DNA of 64,000 bases from Daphnia carinata (Eukaryota). Under the pieces are notes generated by a model. That model was given only the letters and a program-made list of their open reading frames with translations, was not told the DNA's origin and did no database searches. Location: the NCBI RefSeq assembly GCF_022539665.2, contig NC_081331.1:1426001-1490000 (forward strand), given 5' to 3'. Both the position numbers and the translations under genes were made by a program. Of this stretch, positions 1 to 13,600 are shown piece after piece. Every line of letters begins with the position of its first letter. Within the stretch, counting starts at the first letter, position 1.

Positions 1-58
1 AAAGACCCGCTTATTCAGCCCCATCCATCATCATTCGTCGTTTTTCCAATTGACTGCT

Positions 59-88
59 GCTACTATAGCACTACTACTACTACTACTC
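59..88. repeat. (CTA)n microsatellite
   Basis: Interrupted run of CTA units. Confidence 0.85.
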
Positions 89-1617
89 CTGTCTTACTAT
101 AATATGGACTGACCTGCTAGACTACCTCGTTCTCTTATTTCGGAGTGCACCAAGAGCTTTCTACTTCATCAAGCGTCTAACTCTATTGCTGTTCTTCTTT
201 TTCGCTTAAAGGAAACCAGAGATTCAGCATTCTTCTTTGACCGATTCCGGAAGAACCGAGACTACATTGTAACGCCACGGCTAGTATAGATTACGAGCGT
301 TCGCAGATCTGATTGACGCGTCAATTGCGTTTAGCGAATGAGCCTGATTGGGTTACCATTTTTGCTTTTCCTCTTTCGAATTAAAAACGCGATTATTGAA
401 AATGGGAAGAAATGAAATCAGGGAATACTCTTTTTCGATCGAAAAAAATTAAATAAAATCCCGTTGTGGAACGAAGTGCCGTCTCTTCTCAACGGTCTAT
501 CAACATTGACATGATTGTCGAGACTATGACAATCTATCAAGTATAGTTTGCGAGAAGGAAAAAAAAAGGAGATTTTTGAGAAGAAAAGAAAATGTTATTG
601 GCAATAGAGTGTTGAGGGAGAAAATGGATGCACATTGGATGGAATTACGAGATGGAAAGCGGCCCGTACAGGCAAAGGCTACACTATCTATAAACTTCTA
701 GAAAGAATGATGTAAAAAGAAAGGAAAGAGAATGAAGACGAATCGATAAATATGACTTAGTCTGTATACATACGGAGGCGTGGCCTATATTACCACCACT
801 CTATACACCAAGAAGGGCACCATATGCTTTCACGGAGAAGAATTGGCGTCTAACGTACTGCACGTATCGGTGGTTCTATAGACAGCGCCGCTAGCCCGAT
901 AAAAATCCGATAAATCTAATCAGAAAAAGAAAATGCGGCCAGCACGGGCAGATGGTAGGCATTGTGGTGATGGCGTACGACGATCGATCCCCATCCTTCT
1001 ATTTTCTGTGCAGAACCCCAGCACGCTTCACGTCAACTCGCATATTGACTATACCTACATATTGACAACACGCGTGCATGGAAATCAGAACGCGGTCTTT
1101 CACGCACCGGATAAAGTCCCATTATATCGCAAAGGTCTATTTTCTTTTCACATGTGTGTCCACACCCGAGTGGGCCCTGCCTACACCTTAACCGTCCTAA
1201 CGTAATTGGATCATCATTTCAAAAAAAAAAAAGAAAAACTTACCGTAAAACCAGGGCAAAAAAAAAACTAAAATAAAGATAGGACGTACAGTTTAATAAT
1301 TGGGGCGGGGGGGGGGGATGTAAAAGGGGAAACGGATCCAGTTCAGCGAACGAAAATACTACAAATAAACGAGAACCTAACAAAAGAAAGTGGAATAACG
1401 GCCGGTGAGCCCTAATAATCCTCGATATAATAACCACATATATCCTGGAGCAGTTTAGAGAACCGCCACATTAGAAGATGAGGTGATCTATAATTACATC
1501 TAATCATCAACTCCAAAAGTAGAAGATAGTGGCTTATGTTTTTCGAGTTTTCCCTTTTTCCAATACGCTGTGATTTACAACTTGCCTTATCTTCTATTAG
1601 TATTGACTGTAATGAAC

Positions 1618-4600
1618 TTACTTGAGGCTCTCCTCGTCCGAGTAGTCGACTTCGGGTGCCGGAGGAGGCGATGGCTGTTCCAGCAGAGTCGACGGAGGTT
1701 GTTGATGGACGAGTGAAACTGATGGCTCATTGGCAAAGCCGCTATCGCTGCTGCTCCGCAGGCTAAGATCAGCTGTGTTGGTCATTCCTAACAGGAGCGA
1801 GTGCTGCTGGATTGAAGTGGATGCCGGAGTCGTTTGGATGCGTGGCGGAGGGGCGGGTGCTTTCTTGGTCGGAGAAAAGACGGCGGTGCTAGTAGTGGTG
1901 GTGATGAAAGGTGAATTGCTGCTGGACGCGGAGATGTTATTCATTGTGGAGGAGCTAAACATTTTAGGTGTTGAAGCGGAATGGGAAAGTGGTAACATCG
2001 TCATCATAGTAGACGGCGAGGCAGGGGTGGCGCTGGTGGAGGGCCGCCTGTCGTGCTCGGCGGAGGCAACTGGTGCGGCGGACGGTGTCGTTGCTGGACA
2101 ACTGGGTGCGGAGGGCGTTGCTGCTGGGCACAGAAGCCGCTCGGCGAACGCTGAACGCGACTTACGAAGCTGACCGGACGCAAGATCAATTGCAAAAAGA
2201 GATTAATTCAATTAAAATGTATACAGTAATAAAATCAACATGTCCACTGTTCATTTCCAATTCAAAATTAAGCAAACTATGCTAATTGTACTAGGGATGG
2301 TTATCGGGTGGAGAGAGATGGTTCAAGCGCTACTGTACCTTACTGAAACCAGGCACCTTATTGAACAACGCACGATCGCCTCCTAGTAAAAGACTATTGG
2401 GCCTGATGGTGGTCGCATTGTTATTCTGCTGCTGTTGTTTGTTGATGGCTTGCGCGTTACGGGCGCAAGAGCTTTGCAGTCCGCCGATGGACGATGTTAT
2501 TGGCGTGATAAGGTGCGGCATACCACCACCGCTGGAATTGGAGGCGGAAGAATTGCCGGACGTGGTCGATTCAGCGTCTACATTATTAGCCGCTAGCACG
2601 ACGGGGCTGGGGCTGGCAAGACTCGTGTCAAACTGCGAGCGCAAGCCAAGGCTAAAATGCGCCAGGAAATGAGAAGAAATCATAAAGGCTACTAGATTGG
2701 AATCATAATTCTGCGAAAACAATTTGAGGTCATCTTAATGTCATATCTACAGTGAGTTACTAAATAAGCTGACTGATGGTAAAAGGAAAAAGGAACTCTA
2801 CGGCCTTATAAAAGCTAATTTCAGAAGACGATGATATCGAATGATCGTACCCGGAATCGACGTCAGCGTCTTTCACCTGTTCCGTGTAGGCCAGCGGGAA
2901 CCATCCGCGTTTCCCCGTTCGGACATTCTCGCCGTAGTACCAACCTTTATTGCGATCCCCTGTGTGTTCACAAAAATAAAACGAAGAAATTGAGATAGCT
3001 AACAGCGCCTTCTGCACCTAGACTACGTCACTATGTAGCGCGTAACACGCGAAGACTGAAAATGAATCGCAATCGTAATAAAAATGCTAATAGCAAGTCA
3101 GATGTTGTTCGAGCCAACCAGATAACGGATGTGCCTCATTCCGAGTTTTGTGTGGAAACAGAATCACGTCCTAGAGTCTGGTTATTTATGTAATAAAAAA
3201 AAAAGGTAAATTCTGATAGTACCGTTTGCGTTTGAGTGAAAGGAGACGGGCTCGTCGCCGAGCAACAGAATCAAATCGCCTTCAAGGAAATTGATTTGAT
3301 GCTCGCCGCTGGAAAGATAGGCGTACAAGGCCCGGACGGTTCCTTTGGTGCTGCCAGGCAGCGCCAGAGATTTGGGTCGCGATGTCGTTCCAAAGCCGCT
3401 CCTTACTGCAACGCAAATTTCGTTTCGTCAAACACATAAAACAAATCATTAAAAGAAAAAAGACTACGGAAAAATTGATGGTTTGCTTTTTCCTGAACGC
3501 GGGAAAGCAAAAAATGTTACCTGAACGGGAAGGTGAAGCGAAAGCCAAATTGAATTCAGATTTCGATTTGCAAAGATTAGTAGATCCTCCCGCGAGACGG
3601 CCGTGGCTATCTGCGGCTGCAGAAGCCAGGCCTTGGTTGGCGCTTATTTTTGGATTGACGGCCTCAGCAAACGTCGATTGAGCTTCCTCGTACAGGTAGG
3701 AAGTATCTATCGAGTGAGACTTACGCATCTGCGAAGCCGAACAAAAATCCACTTCGTCCTCTAGCGTTAAAACGGGCGTCCGCGGCAGGGCGTAAAGGTT
3801 TTCGTTGTTCGTCTGAGATTGTTTTTGATTTCGTTTTTGTGAAGTTGTCCTAATTAGATTTAATTTCAGTTTGAAAACAAAGTGAGTGATTACCCCGCTT
3901 TGTTGACCCAAAAGGAACTCTACGCAAGGTGGCAGTTCTTCTCGTGCTTTGGACGTTTCCTGCCAGCCGTCCAGGTGTTTTTCCAATAACGCGGCTCCTT
4001 TGCCGTAGTGAGCTAAAAAGTGTTTCGACAACGATGTCTGGCGTTCCAACACGAAACCGTAGCGTTTCCTTTCTTGGGCGATGGCCTGTCCAAACGGATA
4101 CATGTAATTTATGCTTTTAATATTCAGTTATTTAGTTTATCTCTACCTCTTTTAGACTTTGCTCGCAAAATGCGTCCAGCTTAGCTTTCTCTTCGTCCAT
4201 TGACTGTAAATGCTGAGATAAATGTGATTGTAAAAAATAGCGAATTCTTTGAATCGCAAGTTTAATTGAATCATTTGTCGACCGTGAAAGCGACTTAGAG
4301 CGTCAGCGAAACACGTTCCACAATTTAAAATGTTTGCTTTAAATTTCGTGTCGTTCATCTGCAGTGTTCAATTCACCGTTCACATAATAGATGGCTGTAG
4401 CTATCTGCACGAGCCGCTCTCGTGTAATCGTGCGAACGCGGGACGGGAAGAGGATTTGGGACTACTTACCGTTAAGACTAATTGATTTTTCCCCATCGAA
4501 CTAGCTGATTGCTATGCAGCTATTTACCTTGATCTCTTTGTCGTACGAAGCTGACGAACGATTCGATTTCGACGAGCTCTTTTTGCTGTGTTTCTTCACC

Positions 4601-7600
4601 AGGGACATGGCCTTGCTGTAGACGTCATATTGGCTGCGATACTGTTGATTGAACTTCTTGTGATCCGCCTTTCAATCGTTTGAAGAAAACAAAAGGAAAA
4701 ATCAATTATTAAAAAGACAACAGCCAATTCGAGCGGACTCTATTAGCTCAATAAAATCTACGTGGGCTTCTCTAATAACGTTAATAACTGTTGAGCCATG
4801 CTCTGCTTTGTCCTTCATAACAGTAAGCAAACCGTATTAACTGAACATGAAGCTTTTGTTCTTCAAGTTAACTGCAAAAATTTGCAATAACTGTGGGCTT
4901 CGGTAAACGTAGGACATTTGCAGAGGGTGAAAAAAGAAAACCGTAATAGAAACATTTCCGTTTAGCTTTTGTTCGCTGCTGTTTGAAGAGTCCTTACAGT
5001 TGCTACTCATTTTTGTATGACAAATGAACTTCAAAAGAGACAATGCGTAACGGAGACTTACCTGTACAACTTTGGTGTCCTTTTCAATATTGGATTCTAA
5101 GGGCACAATCAGGTCAACGTAAAAGGCCTTTAGCTGTAAAAAAGAAAAACGAAAACAAAATAAGAAAACAAATGACAGGTGCATCCCTTTTTTTCTGCTT
5201 GGACAGGAGGAAATTCAAATTCTATTTCGCTAACGTTATTCGATGTTCCAGACGAACGACCTCGTTCATCGGCAAAGCAAAGGCCACAACAAGGAAATGA
5301 TATTATACCCTCATAATCCCATTATAGCGCTTACTTAACACACATACATATCCCCCTTCTCTATCAGACGAAGACCTAAGGTGCTGTCTAATCAATACTG
5401 ATTTGGCCAGTTAGTTTTTGTTCCAACGTCTGTGCACCCTAACCTAACTCCTCCGGCCAATTTGTAATGTTTTTGGATACTGATGAACCAAATAAATGTC
5501 GAATATATGCAATGCATCATTCAATTATACTAGTTTTCCATTTAAAAAAAGAAAGCCAATTGAAATCAATAAACGTCTGTTCGTTTAACGACGTTGTTTG
5601 TACTCACCGTATTGAGCTGTTGGCTTTGAATTTCCCGCTGGACGTCGATCATCTGCTGCATGGCAATACCTGTTATGTCCATGAAAAAAGAAAAAAGAAA
5701 ATAAGAAATCAACAGATGGCTCTATAATTTTTCGTTTCATGCAAAAATACTTGATTTATTCTGATAATTAAACAGATATGCTAAAACAAACGACCAATGT
5801 AGCCGAAAGGCAATTTCAACATCAAGGCAAACATGATTACATCCGCTTTTGATTTACTGGTTCTCAATTTACTCGTTTTTTTTTTTACTGATTACCATCA
5901 GGTCCGCCTTTCTTTCTTTCTACATGAACGACTCGTAAACCATTGGCTGCCGAGTTTCACGACCAAACTATAGTTCTTGGATGTTGTGCTCTACTACACC
6001 CTCTCCCTCTTAGACAGAGATAGATACGCAGACACATCCTTTGTGTAAATATAAACTAGGGTGGTATGTGGGGAACGCACACGGACCCTCTTCAAGAAAC
6101 GAAAAAGAAAAAAAAAAATGAAAGAAAAATAAACCCGACGTTAGATTAATGGACCAACTGAAGAGAGGAACACATCAGTGAGGAATGGTGCGGCGGGATG
6201 GCTGGGGAGGTTTCAAAAAAAAAAGTGAAAGAGCTAAAGAGCTAGGGGAAAAAGATTGACTTTGACATTCCCATCGAGCACCACTACACAGATTGTAGTA
6301 GCGCGCCCTAATATAGTTTATGGACAATCCTAACTTGTGCAAGAACAAACTTAGATACATTGTGTGCTTTTTTTTCCCCCGTGGCGTACGCGTTAGCTAT
6401 TTGAAGACGCACGCTATACTTTTCGGACAGTTACTTTTCATTCAAAATAGAAAAAAAAAAACCGTTCCCACTTTTTTTTTTCTTTCCTGTCGTTCAACGA
6501 CACGAACAACAGCTGAGTCCCGCGTCCGCCTGCGTCACCAACATTGAAAAAAAAAAAGATGGTGAGGGGGACGTTAGAGATTGGATAGAAAAAAGACGTT
6601 GATGTAAATAAGCTAAGGAAAACTAAGAGGTTAGGTTTCTGTGTGACACGAAGTGAAGTTGAACGTTTCGAGATCTTTTTTTTTTCTACCCTGATGTATA
6701 CCTTCACTGCCGGAGAAATTTCATTTTCATAGGGGTGTTTGTGCTGAGTGAGGTCGCAGTTATTTCGTTGCTTCGTACTGGGCCAGTGTATGGCATCCCC
6801 TTCGTTTCACAACGGAGGATGGATGACGACAATTTTGTCACGAAATGAAGCAGGGGAGGGAGGACAATATATTTATACACATCTAGAAGATGACGGCGTG
6901 GCTGTGTGCAGGAAAACAAAAAAAAAAGAAGCGAATGGAGAAAACAACAACAGCTGATGCAGCGTAAATAAGAAAATGCGTAACGTGATTAAGAGCTCAA
7001 TGAACTTGTCCAATAATTCAACATATTTCAAAAATCATTCACGTCACATTCTCCGTTCAATCTTCTTCCCTTAGAGTTCCTGTTAACTATACATACTTTC
7101 TGATCTAAAATTCAGATGGGCAGCACATGAAAGAGGCTGGAACCTTTCCGATTACCTATAGATGGGGAGGAGTTTTTTTACTTTAAAAAAAAGAAGATGA
7201 TAACCGAAATTATATCGACATCGGTAGGAGGGAAAGTTTTGATCAGCGCGGGTTTCACGAGATACACGTTTCAATCATCCGCCCAGACGATGCATAGAGT
7301 CAACTCCCCTAACTATTCCTCGCTGTGGTTCTGTAGCTACATCTCTTTTTTGTGTGGCTTCCCTCTGTTGGTAATGACTCTGACATGTTGAACGATAATG
7401 CTCCGAAAAGAGTCAACGGATATAATCTCTCTATTCTGTCCTAGTTCCTATGATACCTCGTCTCACCATGCAGAGGTAAAAAAGCCATTTTTATTTTCAT
7501 TTTTTTCAATTCGTATCCCGCGGGTTTTCCTTTCTGACTTTGAGCCGTTCAGAAAAAAAAAGTTATGAGGCCGGTATTCACAGCGGGAGAGGCGCAAGCG

Positions 7601-10600
7601 CGTTCACCAGACTGCAATTGCTTGGCTTCTTTGCATTTTTCACGCTCGACACTTTTTTTTTTCTCATTTCGTTCTGAAATGTTTTTGGTAAATAGAGTTT
7701 TTCATGGAACCTGTTCTACCCCTCCAGCTGCCATGGCTGAAAGAAAATTTCACATTCCATTTTCACACACAAAAAAATACGTTGAATATGCTGACGTGTT
7801 GTGTTCAAGTCTTATGTGACGCCACATGACTGCTGGACACGACCTTGCCGATATTGCGCATTCCGCACAGGTTTATAGGAGCGTAAAATGAATAATATTG
7901 AGATCACTTGCTGCTACTTGCTGTGAAAATGTATTATCCAGTCCGTCAATTTCTCGGCTTATTCATGAGATCATTTATTCCCGTGAGTATGCCCTAGTAT
8001 GTAATAGCTTGCCCATACATTTGCCTATGTAATATAGTCTAAGCCTACGTTCGCTGTCCATTGACTCACCATCGCACTAGTACTCTCTCACACGGGCGTT
8101 GATAATATTAAAACAAAACAAAAAAATCGATAAATATTTTTCTCAACTGCTTTATTATCGTTATTACATGCTCCGAGTGCCATGCATACGATTTATAGAC
8201 TATAACGCTATGGGAGGAGATTCCGGGCTGCCTGTTCATCTTCAAAGTGAAGTTGCATTCGATAGAAGAATAAATGTGTACTCCCCTCCAAAAGGAAATG
8301 TTTAGAAATAAAAGCATTAAAAAAAAAGAAAGCAGTAATAGTGTTTAATGCGTACGTTTTTTAATAGCAGCGCTATGTTTTCCCTTTATATATATATATA
8401 TATATTGGCCACTCCATATACTTATTCTGCACATCTACCGCTATGTTATGTAGATGAATAGCCATTTTTATGCTGGTACACATTGCGTTTGCTGACTCAC
8501 TATCCCCCCGAAAAGTGTTTGTACCTCTCAATCGAAATGGCCCCACTTTTTATAACAAATAGTAATGCTATCCGCGGAAACTAAAAGCGCAGTGAGCAGG
8601 GGGGGGGGGGGGGATGTTCGTCCATGGCATAAAGGAAAAATATAAAAACGATATGGAAAAGAGGGACAGCTCTATATCGAAGCTGTTGGGTTATATACCT
8701 CGAGTCCATTTCTTTCCTTCTCCCCTTTGTATAACTTGTTCTTAACTGTCTGAAGATAAAACGTTGCAAGAGCTTCGCATGAAGGAGAAAAACGAGAAGA
8801 CGGAAAGAGGGGTTAAAAATAAATATTGATTATCTTTAGCCGCAGTGTCTAAGTCTCTTTCCACCCTATTTCTATTCTCTTGTTATTCTTTCGGCTTCTG
8901 TGCTCTCGCTCTCCCTTACCGTTGTAAGTATATAATAGTCATTCTTCCGCAGTACCGACGGCCCAGCCCATCTAAAATAATACGAGAAAAGTTTGCGTCA
9001 ACGGAATTATTCTTTTATTATGACTTCTGCCTGCATTTCCTACGCTACCCTCCATTTCCTTTTTTCGCTTCGATGAGGTACCGTCTATCAGTTTTGCCGC
9101 TCCGTGCGTTAGTTATCCGTGTATGACATCAATCAAAACACGTTGCCTCTAAGAATAAATGGGTTCTTCTTTTTCGTACGTCTCGTTATTATTCAGCTTT
9201 TTCATCAGTAAAAAAGAAAAAGCAAATTTCACGATGAAAGGAAACGACGCACTCGTGAACGAGATGATCAATTAGTTATAAAATAAAGGATGAAGAAAAA
9301 GAAAAAGGTTCGTCATCAATTGGCTTGGCCTGATGATATTAACTATAAAACACAGACTTTGTCACTGAACATTTCTCTTTCCGGTATAGGTCTTTCTTTT
9401 TTTCCTCCCAATTTCTCGTTGCCGTTGCAACGGATATGTCGTGAGCGGCACGCGCTCCCCTGCAGCTAAAGAGTCATCCATCAGATCATGCGCTGATGCC
9501 TCGCTCTATTATTATTATTGCTTCAACTGGCATAGACATCACGGAGATCGCAACGCTTCACTATATATACCACACATACATCTACTTCCCTTTTTTTTTT
9601 TTTTGGCTTTGGTGTCGTATGAAAGCTTAACATTTTTCGCTTTTAAGGGCTTGACAAAAGGGCGCTTGAGCCTACAATCATACGCTCACTCCTGCCATGA
9701 TTTTTTTTTCTCATCTCCTGGAATCTAATATATCACTTGTTCTAGAAAAAAAAAAGTAGAACCCTCTGAGGATAGCGTAATATTTTGGTATTTATTTTAT
9801 TGCGCTAGACGGGGATGTGTTGCGAGTGACACAACGAATGGGGGGGGGGGGGGGGTGATGCCAACGGGCGCGTTATTACAAATGTCTCGACAACAGTGGG
9901 AAAACCAAAATCGTTAGCCAGCGGGAATGTGTACGTTGTACGTAAGGCAATACTATCTTAACATATCGAGTCATCTATAATGTATGATTAGATGATGGGG
10001 ATAGCCTGTCGCTGTTATTAGGACATTGAGGCTGCATGTCCCCCTCCTGTATAACAATCATTTTGAGCCTGAAAGTAAAGGGGAGAGTATATTATGTTTG
10101 AGAAAATACCTATTAGTTGGGGTATAATCGAAGGGCGTGCCCTTTTTCTGAATAACACTTTGCTGCCCTGAAGTACCTAGTCTTGCATTTTTTTTTCCCC
10201 TCCCTATTTCTATCCCGAAACGTAACGTTTCATTTACTAAAAAAAAAGATAATCAGAATAGCGGGGCTTCTGCGCTTTGGGATGATACGTTTTTTTTTAT
10301 GTCTCTATAAAAACGGCTGTGCCTTTTAATAATCAACTTGCTTCATTTGACTATTCCTATTCCCAGTATTAAATGTAGCAAGTCTCTTGTGCCTATGTTT
10401 GCTTTCCTTCTTTCCTCCTCTCAAGCTGAGTGTGTACACATACTCCAGGATAAGGCATTCCACTGGGGGGAGTGAGCAAAGGGAAAGAAAAAAAAAGCGG
10501 ACAGACTTCCTCTGATGTACAAAAGCGAGAGCCTCGATCGTCAAGTTCCAATTTAGATGTTGAATGTATACACACAAAAAAATGTCTTGCAATGGCTTAA

Positions 10601-13600
10601 AGCTTCCCCTTCTTCCGTCCGACGGTAGGAAAGATCAGGAAATCCATCGGGGTTGATGCCAACACAAGACACCGATGTACGTAACGGCGTTACGGAATTG
10701 TAAGGGGTGAAAGTTTGGCTCTCGTAACGGTTTTTATGTTTTGCAGCGAGCTTTCTTCTCCGCTTCATCGCATTTAATGCGAATATCGGATCGCAGTCAA
10801 GTTTGATGTTATCGTGCATAATGACTTTGCGACCCGGCAATAGTAGGGGAGGAAAAAAAACAGGTCATGTAAATGGTAGGTTTTTTAAAAAGACAGTCTC
10901 TATAAAAAGCAAAAAGCGGTATAGTTTTCAGGGTACAAGAATGAAAATTACGCGATGCTGTGTAAAACCGAAATCTGTGGAAATCTATTTCGCGCGTGAA
11001 ACCCAACCATCTCATATACCGTTTGAATTGATTTTGTTTCATGGAAGAAAAAAAAAAGGATGAATTTGTATGTTTCGCTTCCCTCTTTTGTTATTTTATT
11101 TTACTCTAAAAAAGTAAAAAAAAAAAAGTCCTTTCTTTTTCTTCCTCTTCGATGCGCGGCTCTTAAAATGTTTCTGGAGCAATAATGTTCCTTACCCTTT
11201 CCACCGTGACACGTTGCCGAGACAACAGCCATTCGTTCCACGACGACGAAAAAAATCTTTATTCTTGTAATATTCCGTGGCTGATGCCAGTCCTTTTATC
11301 CTTTTATAAGGGAAAGAAAAAAATGGGTGTGGGGACCCGTTCAATTTGAGGCAACAAGCGGCTGCTATTGAAGCTTTTTACTACCTAAACGTACGCAGCT
11401 TACGTGCACAAGTTTGATCCTCAGATATATTTGCTTCGACGGACGGCTGCGTTCCGATCTCATCCAAAACTCTTATAGATTTTCTACTAGCGGCTTGCGT
11501 ATTTGAATTTCAAATTTTTTTTTTTTTTTCTCGCCAAGCCTTTTGTTTTTTTTTGTTTTTTCAACCGACTAGTCCGTCTGTGCCAAACAGCCGACACGTC
11601 GGCATTCCGCCGATCTCACGAAGTGCGGGAAAATCAAATCAAAAGTGCGACTGAACACGGAATGTCACATTCTGTTTTTAAAATTTTTCTCTTCCACATG
11701 TTTGACGTCGTTCTGTATTACCATTCCTCTTCTTCTTTTCACGACGGACTTTAAAGTTCGGTTTTAAGCAAACACATCAAAACAAAACTATTGGATTATT
11801 TCGATGAAAGGAGAAACGAGGACAAGGCTCAACATATTGGACAATCAACGAGACAATAAACGTCCTACGATGTGCCGTACGGTCGTTGTCACCACCAGAT
11901 ACTCTGATCAAAATGAAAGGCAAACAAAAAAAAAACACGATATTCACCGATGATTGCGCACCGACAAAAGAGAACGCAATGACAGGCCGGCGAGAGAGGA
12001 GAAAATAGGCTTGTTGCAACGACATCATCGACGACACGAAAAAAAAGGGGGAGCTCTCTAAAAACATCTGATTCCGTCGTCGGCTTCATCTTTTATTGAA
12101 CGACTAGCCGTGTAAAAGTCAGAGAAAAAAAAAAGACTCTGGAGAGGGTAGAAAGAAAGTGAGCCGATGATTTTGAAGAGGATCAAAGAACAAAAAAATA
12201 AAAAAAAAAAGAAGTAGGTTGACGGAGGGATAGAAAATACATGTTATATTGCAGTTTCAGAGGGCTAGAGAAAATACTACACTCAAAGTGTGTCTACTAC
12301 ACGTATATCTAGAGCTGTTGACCTAAACGTTGGGGCACGATTCTTCTTCATTGGCCTCCGCTTTCTCCCCCCTCGACTGGACTCGTGTCGTCACGTCAAA
12401 ATGCCCACGAGACAAAATCCCCCACTTTGGGTTGGATTGATTACACAGCAAACTAAACTCCCCCTCTACTCCTCTCTTGGTCTATATAAGCTCACGCCTC
12501 ACCACAGCAGTTGCGTATGTGTCTGTCATGTGCCATCCAATGCCCGTTTGCTTGAATTAGAAATGCACCATGTATAGACACACACACACACACACACGGC
12601 AAAAAGTGTATAGTTGATTCTCTTCTTCACCCTTCGTTGATATATTCCGTTGAGGCGACGGAGCCGATCCTCTTTGTTATAGAGTTGCGGTTGGCCGGCC
12701 CGTTTGTTGGATGATAACAAAGTTACTCATACACGACTGACAGGGACTTTCTTAGTGATTCACGGACGCAGACGCTTTGCTCCTCTTCACTTCACTGTGA
12801 ACGAAAACTTGTTTCCGCAATTCGGGTGTGGTACTTAGAGAAACAAAAAAATGCGGACTGCACAAACGTACTCTGTTTTTGTTGCGTAGCTTTTCATGCG
12901 AAATCAGCAAAAAACTCAAAGTTTAGTTTTCTTATTCCCCTCCTCCCTTTTTTGGGGTGGGGTTGAATCCGAGTGAAGTTGACATTTTTATTTTATATAT
13001 TGGCTTTTCTTCGACGTTTTTGGGGTATCTCCTTTTGCGTCGAGCGTCGTCCTTTTTTATTTCCGCCTTCTCCTTTCAAGTTGGCATTACCATAAATCTC
13101 GAATAGAACCCTCGTTAGTTGACTACTGTCTATCCGCCGTGCCGAACCTTTCCGCTCTTGATTGTGTACTGCTTCGTCACCGTCGGCGGTCGTTGTCTTT
13201 TATTGGATTAGGTACGAAAAGAGAGCCACAATACGGACGATGAGGTGCCAAACAGAGCGATGGGTGGGTCATCAACTTTACAATTTCTTTTCAAATGTAT
13301 TTCGTTTTTCATCCCACCCTGTTGACATAAAGATTCTCATTTAAAAAAATCATGCGCACCCATTGATTGCATCATTCCATTGAATGCCGAGCCATTAAAT
13401 CGACCGTAACATTCGGACTCGGTGTGTGGCATATACGCAACAATCAGCCTGCGCAAAAGATGAACTTTTATTCTTTTTTCCTTACCAATGTCGGCCGTTC
13501 CGCCGCAGGTTCCCTGTTGAGCTTGCTTGGCCACCCGCGACAGAGATTCCAAATAGATTTTGGCCGCGGCTGCCGCTCCTGAAAAGAAAAAAAAGAAAAA

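Noticed and set aside
1730..2672. Plus-strand ORFs of 147 aa and 103 aa
   Set aside because: Antisense shadows of low-complexity IRSp53 exons.
5437..5448. CCCTAACCTAAC as a possible telomerase RNA template for TTAGG
   Set aside because: Only two units, no visible promoter or structure; such words are common in arthropod DNA.
12630..12720. KEDRLRRLNGIYQR resembles an IRSp53 first exon
   Set aside because: Lies downstream of IMD exons 2-3, has no ATG start, and its weak phase-0 donor does not fit the next phase-1 exon.
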